64,000 bases of DNA from a bacterium (GTDB lineage Bacteria > Synergistota > GBS-1): the NCBI GenBank assembly GCA_030153785.1, contig JASKLF010000005.1:64001-128000 (forward strand). The letters run 5' to 3'. Shown in pieces: positions 54,006 to 64,000 of the stretch. The notes beneath the pieces are model-generated. The model had not been told where the DNA came from and did not search any database. It saw only the letters and a program-made list of their open reading frames with translations. The position numbers and the translations under genes are program-made. The number at the start of each line of letters is the position of its first letter. The first letter of the stretch is position 1.

Positions 54006-54851
54006 ATGGGCTTTGAAGTAGTTTTAGATGAATTTTTACGAGAGCTTAGTTTCTTTAGAGGCTTTTCAGAACATACGATCAAGGCATATTCTTCTGATAT
54101 ATGTGCTTTTTTATCTTTTTTAGAAGAAAGAAATTTAAATCTTGATAGGCATGCGTTATGGGAATACAGAGTTTTCCTTTCTTCTCAGGAGTACGAGAGA
54201 AGCAGTATAGCGCGAAAGCTTTCTTCATTGAGGGCTTTTTTAAAGTATCTTCAGAGGAATGGACTTTTAAAGGAAAGCCTTGACAGACTTGTTAAGAATC
54301 CGAGGATGAACAGGCCCTTGCCAAGGGCCTTATCTAAGGAGGAAGTAGAAAGGCTTATATCCTGTGCGTCGAGCTTAAGAGATAGGGCTATAATTGAGTT
54401 CATTTATGCCACAGGTGTCAGGGTTGGGGAACTCGTTTCCTTGAATTGGAGCGACATAGATTGGAACAATGAAATAGTAAGGATCTTAGGAAAGGGTAAT
54501 AAGGAGAGAATCGTTCCTATAGGTTCTAAAGCCCTCGAGGCTTTAAAGGCTTACGGAAAAGAGGGAGGCATGAACGGTCCCTTGTTTAAGAACAAGAAAG
54601 GTGGCAGACTTACAGCAAGGAGCGTTGAGAGGATAATAAAAAATGTGGCCCTTCGGGCGGGTTTAGGGGGGGATATTACTCCTCACGTCTTGAGGCATTC
54701 TTTTGCCACTCATCTTCTTGAGGGAGGAGCGGACTTAAGGATTGTTCAGGAGCTTTTGGGGCACTCCAGCCTTGCTACGACGCAGATATATACGAAAATA
54801 ACCTTAGAGAGAATGAAGGAGGTGTATAACTTTGCTCATCCGCGAAGTTAG
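54006..54851 (+). CDS. xerC: Tyrosine recombinase XerC
   Basis: [55 protein letters not shown]; conserved trmFO-xerC-hslVU context. Confidence 0.92.
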   Translation: MGFEVVLDEFLRELSFFRGFSEHTIKAYSSDICAFLSFLEERNLNLDRHALWEYRVFLSSQEYERSSIARKLSSLRAFLKYLQRNGLLKESLDRLVKNPRMNRPLPRALSKEEVERLISCASSLRDRAIIEFIYATGVRVGELVSLNWSDIDWNNEIVRILGKGNKERIVPIGSKALEALKAYGKEGGMNGPLFKNKKGGRLTARSVERIIKNVALRAGLGGDITPHVLRHSFATHLLEGGADLRIVQELLGHSSLATTQIYTKITLERMKEVYNFAHPRS

Positions 54852-55371
54852 GTCGACTACCGTTATAGCTTTGAAACATAAGGGTGAATCGGTCATGGGC
54901 GGAGATGGCCAGGTTACGATGGGAGATATAGTTTTAAAGGAAAGCGCCAGAAAGGTTAGAAGACTCTATAATGGGAGGGTTCTCGCGGGATTTGCTGGGG
55001 CTACCGCTGATGCCATGACTCTTCTTGAACGGTTTGAGGGAAAGCTTGAAGAATACCAGGGTAATTTGCTTAGAGCAGCGGTTGAGATGGCTAAAGATTG
55101 GAGAACCGACAAAGTTTTAAGGAGGCTTGAAGCCCTTCTGGTAGTTATGGATAGAGAGAAATTGTTGCTCATATCCGGCACGGGGGATATAGTCGAGCCA
55201 GATGATAATGTCATAGCGGTGGGCTCGGGTGGGGCCTACGCCCTTGCGGCTGCGAAGGCATTGATGGCTCACTCTAACCTTTCTGCGGAGGAGATAGTTA
55301 GAGAAGCCTTAAGGATTGCATCCGCTTTATGCATATATACAAATAATAATTTTATTATAGAGAAGCTTTAA
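54832..55371 (+). CDS. hslV: ATP-dependent protease subunit HslV
   Basis: [38 protein letters not shown]. Confidence 0.96.
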   Translation: MLIREVRSTTVIALKHKGESVMGGDGQVTMGDIVLKESARKVRRLYNGRVLAGFAGATADAMTLLERFEGKLEEYQGNLLRAAVEMAKDWRTDKVLRRLEALLVVMDREKLLLISGTGDIVEPDDNVIAVGSGGAYALAAAKALMAHSNLSAEEIVREALRIASALCIYTNNNFIIEKL

Positions 55372-55387
55372 AGAGAGGTGATTTTTA

Positions 55388-56740
55388 TTGTCCTTAGAAG
55401 GGTTAACACCTCGACAGATAGTTGAAGCTCTGGATAAATACATTATTGGCCAGGATGAAGCAAAAAGGGCTGTAGCTATAGCCTTAAGAAATAGAATAAG
55501 GAGAAAGGCTCTTCCTCCGGAGCTCAGGGAAGAGGTAGCTCCTAAGAACATCTTGATGATAGGTCCTACGGGAGTTGGTAAGACTGAAATAGCCCGCAGA
55601 CTTGCAAACCTTGTGGGAGCTCCCTTTGTTAAGGTTGAGGCGACGAAGTTTACCGAGGTTGGTTATGTGGGAAGAGATGTAGATTCTATGATAAGGGAGC
55701 TTGTCGAAGTTTCTGTCCAGATGGTTAAGGCGGAAAAAATAAGTGAGGTTATGGAGGAAGCTCGTGCTCATGCTGAGCTTAGGATTATTGAGGCGCTTAT
55801 GCCAGGCGTGAGATTCTCCTATGCTGCCCAGGAGCCGGGAGCTTATGAGCCTTCGGTGAGAGAAAGTACCCGTCAGAGGCTTCTGGAGATGCTCAGAAGC
55901 GGTCAGCTTGAGGATAGAGTTATTGAGGTAGATGTGGTTGATAGGTCTATGCCGAGGGTTGAAGTCTTCACAGCCATGGGGGTCGAGGATCTTGGCATCA
56001 ATTTCCAGGATTTGCTCGGTAATCTCTTTCCCCCAAGGATGAAAAGGAGGAAACTAAAGGTTAAGGAGGCAAGAAAGATCTTGGAGCAGGAGGAGGCTCA
56101 AAAGCTCATAGATATGGACGAGGTAGCTCAAGAGGCGATAAGGCGGGCAGAGGAGACCGGGATAGTTTTTATAGACGAGATAGACAAGATAGTAAGCAAG
56201 GGAAGCACGCATGGTCCTGATGTCTCGAGGGAAGGTGTTCAAAGGGATATTTTGCCCATAGTTGAAGGTTCCACGGTAATAACGAAATACGGCCCTGTTA
56301 GGACTGACCATATCTTGTTTATCGCAGCTGGGGCTTTTCATATAGCTAAGCCTTCAGACCTCATTCCTGAGCTTCAGGGAAGATTTCCTATCAGAGTTGA
56401 GCTTAAACCCCTTCATAAGGAGGACCTTGAGAGGATTCTGGTGGAGCCTAAAAATGCTCTTGTGAAGCAATATAAAGCCTTGTTAGCTACCGAGGGGGTA
56501 GAGCTTGAGTTTACTCCCGAGGCAATAGGCAAGATAGCCGAAATAGCATACAGGATAAACGAGGAGATGGAGAATATAGGGGCAAGAAGACTTCACACGG
56601 TTATGGAGAAGCTTCTTGAGGATATCTCCTTCGAAGCTCCGGAAAGAAGGGGCACGAAGGTGATCATAGACGAGAAGTATGTAGTTGAAAAGCTCTCCTC
56701 TATAGTGGGGAGAAAAGACCTGAGTCAATACATCCTTTAG
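55388..56740 (+). CDS. hslU: ATP-dependent protease ATPase HslU
   Basis: [53 protein letters not shown]. Confidence 0.97.
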   Translation: MSLEGLTPRQIVEALDKYIIGQDEAKRAVAIALRNRIRRKALPPELREEVAPKNILMIGPTGVGKTEIARRLANLVGAPFVKVEATKFTEVGYVGRDVDSMIRELVEVSVQMVKAEKISEVMEEARAHAELRIIEALMPGVRFSYAAQEPGAYEPSVRESTRQRLLEMLRSGQLEDRVIEVDVVDRSMPRVEVFTAMGVEDLGINFQDLLGNLFPPRMKRRKLKVKEARKILEQEEAQKLIDMDEVAQEAIRRAEETGIVFIDEIDKIVSKGSTHGPDVSREGVQRDILPIVEGSTVITKYGPVRTDHILFIAAGAFHIAKPSDLIPELQGRFPIRVELKPLHKEDLERILVEPKNALVKQYKALLATEGVELEFTPEAIGKIAEIAYRINEEMENIGARRLHTVMEKLLEDISFEAPERRGTKVIIDEKYVVEKLSSIVGRKDLSQYIL

Positions 56741-56754
56741 GGAGGGATGAGAAT

Positions 56755-57555
56755 ATGGCTAAAACAAATGAGACGGGGATTTTAGAAGAACTTCTCCGGA
56801 AGGAACGTAAGATAAGCAGGCTAATTGAGCGTCAAGCAGGGCGTGAAGTGGATTTCATGGCTATAGCTGATGTCTTAAGCGAGGTTATCGAGGCTAACGT
56901 CTATATCTCTGACAGGGACGGCAAGATACTTGGTCATGCCCTGTTAAACGATTATGACTGTCCTGAAGTGACAAAGGTGTTAAAGGAAGGAAGGTATCCT
57001 GAGGAGTATAATGAAAAGCTCTTAAGAATAATTGAGCCAGTGGTTAATCAAGCTCCTAAAAGCGGAAGGTGTTCCTATTTTCTTGATGTGGAATGTAAAT
57101 ACCCCAACAAGTATGTCAGCTTCTTCCCTATAGTTGGCGGTAGCGAGAGGCTTGGCACCCTTGTGGTTGCTCGTTTTGATAACGGACTTTCATTGGCGGA
57201 TCAAATCTTGGCGGAGTATGGGGCTACCATAGTGGGTATAGAAATATTGAGAGCAAGAAACGAAGAGATGGAGAAAATGGCCAGAGAGCAGATAACGGTT
57301 CAGCTGGCTTTAAGAACCCTTTCCTATTCGGAGCTTTCTGCTATGAGAAAGATCTTTGAAAAATTTAACGATAGCGAGGGTGTTGTCATAGCAAGTAAGA
57401 TAGCCGGGGATATAGGTGTAACTCGCTCCGTGATAGTTAACGCTTTAAGGAAGCTTGAGAGCGCGGGCATAATAGAGACGAGATCTCTTGGTATGAAGGG
57501 GACCTACATCAGGGTTATTACTCCTCTCTTCTTGAAGGAACTTAAGGTTAAATAA
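56755..57555 (+). CDS. codY: GTP/BCAA-sensing pleiotropic repressor CodY
   Basis: LAEYGAT.VG.EI, LSYSEL.A, ASKIA..IGVTRSVIVNALRKLESAG.IE.RSLGMKGTYI. Confidence 0.96.
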   Translation: MAKTNETGILEELLRKERKISRLIERQAGREVDFMAIADVLSEVIEANVYISDRDGKILGHALLNDYDCPEVTKVLKEGRYPEEYNEKLLRIIEPVVNQAPKSGRCSYFLDVECKYPNKYVSFFPIVGGSERLGTLVVARFDNGLSLADQILAEYGATIVGIEILRARNEEMEKMAREQITVQLALRTLSYSELSAMRKIFEKFNDSEGVVIASKIAGDIGVTRSVIVNALRKLESAGIIETRSLGMKGTYIRVITPLFLKELKVK

Positions 57556-57605
57556 CTAAAGGTGCACCATCTCCAGGGCGAAAAATAAGGTGGAGGTGGT
57601 GCCCT

Positions 57606-58016
57606 TTGCTTTTTGACAGAACTACGAGGGTTCTTGAAAAGACCCTTGATGCCCTCTCTCTTAGACAGGAGGTTATAGCTAACAATATTGCCAACGTAAA
57701 CACACCCGATTATAGGAGGAAAGAGGTAACCTTTGAAGAGGAGTTAAAAGAGGCCCTTTCTGAAAGCCCGAGGAGAATAAAAGGCTATATCACTCACCCT
57801 AATCATATTCCCATACCCCAACCTCAATTGACGTTGGAAAGGGTAGAGCCTCAGGTATGGGAAAGGAACGACCTGTTTTTTAGAAATGATAAAAACGGCG
57901 TGGATATAGACACGGAGCTTGCTGAACTTGCGAAAAATTCTATGAAGTATTCGGCTGTAAGTCGAACTTTAGCCAGAAAGTTTGCTATACTTGACATAGT
58001 GATAGGAAGGAGGTAG
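57606..58016 (+). CDS. flgB: Flagellar basal-body rod protein FlgB
   Basis: RQEVIANNIANVNTP.Y, RND.NGVD.D.E. Confidence 0.95.
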   Translation: MLFDRTTRVLEKTLDALSLRQEVIANNIANVNTPDYRRKEVTFEEELKEALSESPRRIKGYITHPNHIPIPQPQLTLERVEPQVWERNDLFFRNDKNGVDIDTELAELAKNSMKYSAVSRTLARKFAILDIVIGRR

Positions 58017-58024
58017 GCTAAAAT

Positions 58025-58483
58025 ATGAGAATATTTAAGACTATAGACATAAGCGCTTCCGCTTTAACTGCTCACCGACTTTGGCTTGATGTTATAGCTG
58101 ATAATTTGGCTAACGTTAATACTACGAGAACCCCTGAAGGTGGGCCTTACAGAAGAAAGATGGTGATTTTCGAGTCTCGGGAAAAGCTCTTCCCCGAAGA
58201 GGTGGGCTTTTCCTTTCCTCCTTTTCCGAGGAGTGTCCCGGAGTTTGAGGGAGAAGGTGTAAGGGTTAAGGAAATAGTGGAAGATCCGACTCCACCGCGC
58301 CTAGTGTATGATCCCAATCATCCTGATGCGGATAAGCAGGGGTATGTGGCATATCCGAATGTAAACGTCGTTAGAGAGATGGTTGATATGATATCCGCAA
58401 GTAGAGCCTATGAAGCCAACCTTATGACCATAAATACCACAAGAAGCATGTTCATGAATGCCCTTGAGATAATCAGGGGGTGA
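58025..58483 (+). CDS. flgC: Flagellar basal-body rod protein FlgC
   Basis: ISASAL.A.R, NLAN.NTTRT..GGPYRRK, YDPNHPDA, PNVN...EMVDMISASRAYEAN. Confidence 0.96.
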   Translation: MRIFKTIDISASALTAHRLWLDVIADNLANVNTTRTPEGGPYRRKMVIFESREKLFPEEVGFSFPPFPRSVPEFEGEGVRVKEIVEDPTPPRLVYDPNHPDADKQGYVAYPNVNVVREMVDMISASRAYEANLMTINTTRSMFMNALEIIRG

Positions 58484-58489
58484 AGATGA

Positions 58490-58807
58490 TTGGTTGAGAG
58501 GATAGTTTTTTCCCTTGATAGGCTTAATCTTCCAGCTGTAAAGGATGAAGGTGAGGAGAGAAAAGTTAAGGAGGAGCAAAAGGTAGAAGGTGGTAGCTTT
58601 TTAGACCTTCTTAAAGAAGGGATTAAAAAGGTGAACGAGCTTGAAAAGGATGCTGATAAAATGGCTCAAAAGCTTGCAACAGGAGAGTTAGAGGATATTC
58701 ATGAGCTTACCATAGCAGTTAGGAAGGCGGAGCTCGCCGTTAGGCTTCTTACGGAGATAAGGAATAGAATAGTGGATGCATATGATAGATTAACGAGGCT
58801 GACGTAG
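58490..58807 (+). CDS. fliE: Flagellar hook-basal body protein FliE
   Basis: SF.D.LK....VN, G...DIH...IA..KAE......EIRN..V.AY. Confidence 0.92.
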   Translation: MVERIVFSLDRLNLPAVKDEGEERKVKEEQKVEGGSFLDLLKEGIKKVNELEKDADKMAQKLATGELEDIHELTIAVRKAELAVRLLTEIRNRIVDAYDRLTRLT

Positions 58808-58811
58808 TATC

Positions 58812-60377
58812 ATGTTTGAGAGGATAAGAAGTGTTTTTTCTTCTCTTTTAGGAAAGTGGGAATCTCTCTCTAAGCCCCAGAGAATAGTTGTCCTTGGAGC
58901 TGGTGCGGCTTTATTGATATCTTTTGTGTTGCTTCTTTTGTGGGCTCGTGAGCCTCAATATGTTCCCCTTTTTACCAATTTGGATCCTAAGGATGCCTCT
59001 GCAGTTATAGAACAGCTTGATAAGATGAAAGTTCCTTATGAGATAGCTGATGAGGGTAAGACCGTTCTTGTTCCAATGGATAAGGTATATAACTTGAGAA
59101 TTCAGCTTGCAGGAATGGGTTTACCTACTCAGGGGGTTGTAGGATTTGAAATATTTGAAAAACCCAAGTTTGGATTGACGACCTTTCAGGAACAGATAAA
59201 TTACCTTAGGGCTCTTGAAGGAGAGCTTACGAGGACCATAATGAACCTTGAACCTGTGGAGCTTGCGAAGGTTAATATAGTTCTTCCTCAGCCTCGGCTT
59301 TATGTTGAAGAGCAAAAGGCCACAACCGCTTCTGTCCTGGTGAAACTTAGGCCTGGTGCCAAGCTTTCGGTGGAACAGGTTAAAGCGATTGTCCACCTTG
59401 TTGCCCATAGTGTCGAGGGTCTTTCTCCCGATGATGTGGTTGTTGTTGATACGCAGGGCAATATATTGACGGAAATGCTCCATGAGGAATATATACTAAG
59501 GGGAGTGGAAAAGGTCTCGACCTTGCAGAAGGAGATAGAAAGCCTTTATGAGAAGGATTTAGAGACGAAGCTTAAAACTATGTTGGAAAAGGTGTTTGGC
59601 CCAGGTAGGGCTGTGGCCAAGGTAAAGGTGGAGATAGATCTTAACAAGAGGGAGGTAAAAAGGGAGACCTTTAAACCAGTGGTTGGAAGCTCTGGTATAG
59701 TTAGAAGTGAGCAGAATATAGAGGAGCAGTATAAGGGGACAGTTGCTCCTCCCTCTGGGGTTCCTGGAACCCAGACTAACATCCCTGGTTATCAGGTTCC
59801 GGAAAAAAAGGGAGAAGAGGTTGAATATGCTAAATCGGAGACTATAAGGAATTATGAGGTTAGCAAGGAAGAGGAAAAAGAGATATTTGCACCTGGTAAG
59901 ATAAAAAGGATGACGGTTTCTGTGGTAGTTGATGCGAAGCTCGATCCGGAACAGCTTCAGAACCTTAAGAACACGGTAGCTGCAGCGGTTGGGTATGACC
60001 CCAATAGAGGTGATGAGATCGTAGTTCAAACTATGGAGTTCAACGTGGCATATCTTAGGGAGCTTGAGGAAGAGCTCAAGGCTCAGGAGAGACTCAGGTT
60101 GGTGCTAACCTTGGGGATACTGGGAGCATTGGCTGGAGCACTTGTAGGATACCTGCTTTGGAGAAGATGGAGAAGGAAGAAGCTTGAAGAGGAGGCAAAA
60201 CGCGCTGCTGAGGCTGTTTCCGAGGAGAAGAGACCCCGTCTTGAAGAGATGTTGGCTCATCCTGAGCTATTTTTAGAGGAAGAGAGGGTTATAGAGATAG
60301 AAGATTTAAGAGCCTTTGCTTCAAGATATCCTGAGGAAGTGGCCAAGGTGATAAAATCTTGGCTTTATGAAGAGTGA
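58812..60377 (+). CDS. fliF: Flagellar M-ring protein FliF
   Basis: Two TM segments, GFEIFE, RALEGEL.RTI, TASV.V, G.PGT.TN, NYEV, AAVGYD..RGD. Confidence 0.95.
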   Translation: MFERIRSVFSSLLGKWESLSKPQRIVVLGAGAALLISFVLLLLWAREPQYVPLFTNLDPKDASAVIEQLDKMKVPYEIADEGKTVLVPMDKVYNLRIQLAGMGLPTQGVVGFEIFEKPKFGLTTFQEQINYLRALEGELTRTIMNLEPVELAKVNIVLPQPRLYVEEQKATTASVLVKLRPGAKLSVEQVKAIVHLVAHSVEGLSPDDVVVVDTQGNILTEMLHEEYILRGVEKVSTLQKEIESLYEKDLETKLKTMLEKVFGPGRAVAKVKVEIDLNKREVKRETFKPVVGSSGIVRSEQNIEEQYKGTVAPPSGVPGTQTNIPGYQVPEKKGEEVEYAKSETIRNYEVSKEEEKEIFAPGKIKRMTVSVVVDAKLDPEQLQNLKNTVAAAVGYDPNRGDEIVVQTMEFNVAYLRELEEELKAQERLRLVLTLGILGALAGALVGYLLWRRWRRKKLEEEAKRAAEAVSEEKRPRLEEMLAHPELFLEEERVIEIEDLRAFASRYPEEVAKVIKSWLYEE

Positions 60378-60392
60378 AAAGGGTGACCCCTT

Positions 60393-61409
60393 GTGGCTAA
60401 AAGAAGGAAAGAGGGTTTCAGTGGAAGAGAGAAAGCAGCCATATTGCTGGTTATTTTAGGGCCCGAGATATCGGCTCAGGTCTTTAAGCATCTTGAGGAT
60501 ACGGAGGTGGAACAGCTCACCCTTGAGATTGCTAATCTCCCCACGATTCCTCCAGAGGTTAAGAATGAGATAATCCATGAATTCCAACATCTTTTGGTTG
60601 CTCAGGAATTTATGGCGAAAGGTGGGGTTAACTATGCTAAGGAGCTCTTGGAGAAGGCTTTTGGCCCAGAGAAGGCAAAGGAAATCTTAAGCAAATTAAC
60701 TGCCCAACTTCAGGTTAGACCCTTCGAGTTTGTGAGGAAAACGGACCCGCTTCAGCTTCTTTCTGTGATTCAGGGGGAGCATCCGCAGACGATTGCTCTT
60801 ATTTTGGCTTATCTTTCCCCGGAACAGGCGGCTTCCGTGCTTTCTGGCCTTCCGCCGGAGCTTCAAGTTGATGTGGCTCGCCGTCTGGCCACCATGGATA
60901 GAACCTCTCCCGATGTTATAAGGGAGGTTGAAAGGGTTTTGGAGAGGAAGCTTTCAACCTTTGTAAGTCAAGACTTCACGATGGTCGGCGGTATCGATGC
61001 CCTCGTTGAAATCTTGAATAGATCCGATAGAGGTACGGAGAAGAATATCCTTGAGGCCCTTGAGGAACAGGACCCTGAGCTTGCTGAAGAGGTAAAGAGG
61101 AAGCTCTTTGTATTTGAGGATGTCGTTCTTCTCGATGATAGGGCGTTACAAAGGGTGTTAAGAGAGGTAGATATGAAGGACCTTGCCTTGGCATTGAAAG
61201 GTGCGAGTGAGGAGGTTAGAGAAAAGTTCTTTAAGAACATGTCTAAAAGGGCTGCTCAGATGCTTAAGGAGGACATGGAATATATGGGACCCGTTAGGGT
61301 CAGGGATGTGGAGGATGCCCAACAGCGCATAGTTAACATTATAAGACAGCTTGAAGAGGCAGGAGAAATAGTTATAGCGAGAGGCGGGGAGGAAGAGCTA
61401 ATTGTTTAA
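60393..61409 (+). CDS. fliG: Flagellar motor switch protein FliG
   Basis: KAAILL, GG..YAK.LL, EHPQTIALIL, FVFED, NMSKRAA, GPVR..DVE.AQ. Confidence 0.97.
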   Translation: MAKRRKEGFSGREKAAILLVILGPEISAQVFKHLEDTEVEQLTLEIANLPTIPPEVKNEIIHEFQHLLVAQEFMAKGGVNYAKELLEKAFGPEKAKEILSKLTAQLQVRPFEFVRKTDPLQLLSVIQGEHPQTIALILAYLSPEQAASVLSGLPPELQVDVARRLATMDRTSPDVIREVERVLERKLSTFVSQDFTMVGGIDALVEILNRSDRGTEKNILEALEEQDPELAEEVKRKLFVFEDVVLLDDRALQRVLREVDMKDLALALKGASEEVREKFFKNMSKRAAQMLKEDMEYMGPVRVRDVEDAQQRIVNIIRQLEEAGEIVIARGGEEELIV

Positions 61410-62295
61410 AGGTAGTCTTTTAAAGTATGTGAAACTTTTGGATACACCCTTTTTAGTTGGCATGCAAGATGGAAATGGCAAGGGCCCCGTTGAGGAGGAA
61501 GAGGAGCTCCCCCCTGAAAAGGAAGAGGTTGTGTCCCTTGCGGAAGAAGACCTTCTCTCTAAAAGGGAGGATCTTAAGAGAGAGATAGAATTGCTTGAAA
61601 ATAGATTGAAAGAGCTTTCGGTTGAGGCACGGAGCTTGGTGGAGAAATCAAAGGGTGAAGCGGATAATATAAAAAGGACGGCAGAGGAAGAGGCAAAACG
61701 CCTATCCCAGAGGATTTTGGAAGAGGCACGTAGGGAGGCTGAAAGGTTAAAGGAGGAAGCTTCTAAATCAGGTTATAAAGAAGGGTATGAGAAGGGGTTT
61801 TCTGAGGGATATTCGGCGGGACTTAAAGAGGGGAAGGCTCAGTATGAGGAGCAGATAAACCTATTGAAGGGCGTTTTAGAGGAAATTAAGAAGGCGAAAG
61901 AGAAGCTTATTGAAGAGATAGAGCCTGAGATTGTGGAAATAATAAAGATAGTATTGAGAAAAATAATTTTAAAAGAGGCGGAGATTGATAGAGACCTTGT
62001 CTTAAGGGTGATTAAGGCAGCTATCAAGAGGTTGGAGGAAAGAGGCAGAATAGTTGTTAGAGTTAACCCTGACGATTTGCCTAAGGTTGTGGAGCGCAGG
62101 GAAGAATTTTTCAAAGATATAGAGGGATTAAAGGAGCTTGAGATTGTGGAAGATCCGCGAGTAGACAGGGGTGGATGTATAGTAGAAGGTGACCTTGGAG
62201 TGGTAGATGCCCGTATAAGAGCGCAGATAGAGGAGTTTGAGCGCTTTTTAGATAGGCTACTTAAGGAGGGTAGGGAGGAGGAAGGACTTGCTTAG
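61402..62295 (+). CDS. fliH: Flagellar assembly protein FliH
   Basis: GxxxG repeats (GYKEGYEKGFSEGYSAGLKEG), VNPDD, GGCIVE...G.VDA. Confidence 0.92.
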   Translation: MFKGSLLKYVKLLDTPFLVGMQDGNGKGPVEEEEELPPEKEEVVSLAEEDLLSKREDLKREIELLENRLKELSVEARSLVEKSKGEADNIKRTAEEEAKRLSQRILEEARREAERLKEEASKSGYKEGYEKGFSEGYSAGLKEGKAQYEEQINLLKGVLEEIKKAKEKLIEEIEPEIVEIIKIVLRKIILKEAEIDRDLVLRVIKAAIKRLEERGRIVVRVNPDDLPKVVERREEFFKDIEGLKELEIVEDPRVDRGGCIVEGDLGVVDARIRAQIEEFERFLDRLLKEGREEEGLA

Positions 62296-63589
62296 CCGTT
62301 ATATACATAGGCTTAGGGAGTTTGAACCGATAAAGGTTAACGGCAAGGTTACGAGGGTTGTGGGATTAGTGGTGGAATCGAAGGGCCCAGAGGCTTCGAT
62401 AGGTGAGCTTTGCGAAATAAGACTCAAAAACGGTAAAGTTGTTAAGGCTGAGGTAGTCGGTTTCAGAGATGAGAGGGTTCTTCTTATGCCCCTCGAGGGG
62501 ATGGATTATATTTACCCTGGTTGTGAGGTTATAGCGAGAGGAGAAACCCTGAAGGTTAGGGTTGGGGATTCCTTACTGGGAAGAGTGCTTAATGCTTTCG
62601 GTGAGCCCATAGATGGTAAAGGCCCTATAGACTGGGAGTGTGAGTACCCTTTAAAAAGGAAGCCCCCATCTCCCTTGGCAAGGAATAGGATAAAAGAGCC
62701 TATTTCCGTTGGAATTAGGGCTATAGATGGCCTTTTGACTTGTGGTAAAGGGCAAAGGATGGGAATATTTGCGGGAAGCGGTATAGGCAAGAGCGTCCTT
62801 TTAGGCATGATTGCGAGAAATACATCTGCTTCGGTAAGCGTCATAGGTCTAATAGGAGAGCGTGGCAGGGAGGTTAGGGAGTTCATAGAGAGGGATTTGG
62901 GAGAGGAAGGCTTAAAGAGGTCCGTAGTCGTTGTTGCTACCTCTGATGAGCCTGCGTTGATAAGGCTTAAGGCTGCCTTTACGGCAACTGCCATAGCTGA
63001 GTATTTTAGAGATAAAGGTCTCGATGTCATGTTAATGATGGATTCCGTAACTCGATTCGCTATGGCTCAGAGGGAAGTGGGATTAACCATTGGAGAGCCA
63101 CCCGCCACGCGTGGATATACTCCCTCTGTTTTTTCCGTTCTCCCAACGCTTCTTGAGAGAGCCGGTAATTCTGAAAGGGGATCGATAACCGCCTTTTATA
63201 CGGTGCTTGTTGAAGGTGACGACATGAATGAGCCCATAGCAGATACGGTTAGGAGCATCCTCGACGGGCACATAGTCTTATCTCGCAGGCTTGCTTCCCA
63301 AAATCATTATCCCGCCATAGATATTTTAAGAAGCATAAGTAGACTTATGATAGAAATAGTTCCTGATGAACACTATAAGGCAGCTACGAAGTTCAGAGAG
63401 CTTATGGCTGCCTACGAGGAGGCTCAGGACTTGATTAACATAGGGGCTTATGTTAGGGGCAGTAATAGAATGGTTGATGAGGCTCTGGATAAGCTTGACG
63501 AGATTAAGAGGTTCTTGATACAGGGCATAAATGAAAAATCTACGCTTCAAGAGGCGCAAGAGTGGTTAATTAAGGGATTTGGAGGGTAA
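62288..63589 (+). CDS. fliI: Flagellar export ATPase FliI
   Basis: GQRMGIFAGSG.GKS, GERGREV, DSVTRFAMAQRE, GEPP..RGY.PS, DGHIVLSR. Confidence 0.96.
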   Translation: MLSRYIHRLREFEPIKVNGKVTRVVGLVVESKGPEASIGELCEIRLKNGKVVKAEVVGFRDERVLLMPLEGMDYIYPGCEVIARGETLKVRVGDSLLGRVLNAFGEPIDGKGPIDWECEYPLKRKPPSPLARNRIKEPISVGIRAIDGLLTCGKGQRMGIFAGSGIGKSVLLGMIARNTSASVSVIGLIGERGREVREFIERDLGEEGLKRSVVVVATSDEPALIRLKAAFTATAIAEYFRDKGLDVMLMMDSVTRFAMAQREVGLTIGEPPATRGYTPSVFSVLPTLLERAGNSERGSITAFYTVLVEGDDMNEPIADTVRSILDGHIVLSRRLASQNHYPAIDILRSISRLMIEIVPDEHYKAATKFRELMAAYEEAQDLINIGAYVRGSNRMVDEALDKLDEIKRFLIQGINEKSTLQEAQEWLIKGFGG

Positions 63590-63591
63590 AG

Positions 63592-64000
63592 ATGGCTTTT
63601 AATTTTAGATTTGAAAGGATACTTGAGCTAAAGAGAAAGGCGGAAGATGCCCTGAAGAATGAGCTTGCGCTTCTTAACTTGCGGAAGCTTGAGCTTGTTG
63701 AGGAAAGGGAAACGCTCTTGTGGGAATTAGAGTCGATGAGGATGGACTTTCTTGAAAGACAGGGTAAGGGATTGAAAGGGGAGGAGATGAGAGTTTACCT
63801 ACAATTTATGAACTCCTTAACCTTCCTAATTAATGAGAAGGATAGAGAAATAGCACGGCTTGAAAGAGAAATGGAAGGGAAAAGGGAGGAGCTTTTAGAG
63901 GCTATAAAAGAGCGTAAGAAGTTTGAGAGGCTTAGGGAAAAGGCTTACGAGAGTTATCTTCAGGAGGAGCTTCATAGGGAGAGGGTTTTTCTTGACGAGA
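63592..64000 (+). CDS. fliJ: Flagellar export protein FliJ (3'-truncated by the window edge)
   Basis: ATG 63592 after GGAGGG; MAFNFRFERILELK..., coiled coil, follows fliI. Confidence 0.85.
   Translation, partial: MAFNFRFERILELKRKAEDALKNELALLNLRKLELVEERETLLWELESMRMDFLERQGKGLKGEEMRVYLQFMNSLTFLINEKDREIARLEREMEGKREELLEAIKERKKFERLREKAYESYLQEELHRERVFLDE

Noticed and set aside
54006..54851. Tyrosine recombinase as a prophage or island integrase
   Set aside because: It sits in the conserved trmFO-xerC-hslVU-codY block with no att-like repeats or cargo genes
61771..61840. Short periodic repeats in fliH
   Set aside because: They encode the normal GxxxG repeats of FliH and are not a DNA repeat element
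1..64000. Many antisense or nested ORFs in the track (for example 4602-5096, 29978-30538, 35928-36521, 62512-63030)
   Set aside because: They are shadows of well-supported genes, with no motifs or ribosome-binding sites
1..64000. CRISPR arrays, tRNA/rRNA, SRP RNA, IS elements
   Set aside because: Intergenic gaps are all short, and I saw no repeat-spacer pattern, cloverleaf or transposase motif

Overview
Gene-dense window of a bacterial chromosome with many overlapping genes and frequent GTG/TTG starts. The E/K/R-rich proteins suggest a thermophile, and the gene order is Firmicutes/Synergistota-like (both inferred). The right part (40.8-64 kb) is a conserved housekeeping run: ylxM-ffh-rpsP-khpA-rimM-trmD(fusion)-rplS-lepB-rbgA-rnhB, a fliK/flhB-like pair, HD-GYP, yraN-comM-dprA, trmFO-xerC-hslVU-codY and flgBC-fliEFGHIJ. 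The left part is accessory amino-acid metabolism and transport: cobO, a radical SAM gene, an MBL hydrolase and an orphan short flagellin; a TRAP + 5-oxoprolinase (pxpBC...pxpA) operon with a 1391-aa multi-GAF HD-GYP gene inside it; a DUF1659/DUF2922/peptidase M15/YvrJ mini-cassette; an atypical ClC; xpt-lipB-TRAP-lipA; an EAL remnant; glycerate kinase; pstS; a chrA pair; liv ABC genes; threonine dehydratase; cysE-cysK. The strongest candidate for an undescribed system is the operon at 15.1-24.7 kb: GntR, a small unknown protein, a SelA-like PLP enzyme, a TAXI-TRAP transporter, a rearranged adenosylcobalamin aminomutase-family enzyme (stand-alone dimerisation domain plus a B12-domain/TIM-barrel fusion with altered PLP-site residues), a KamB-like reactivase and a DAO-family oxidase. 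I saw no tRNA, rRNA, CRISPR array or IS element. All family assignments come from recognising motifs by eye, not from database searches.
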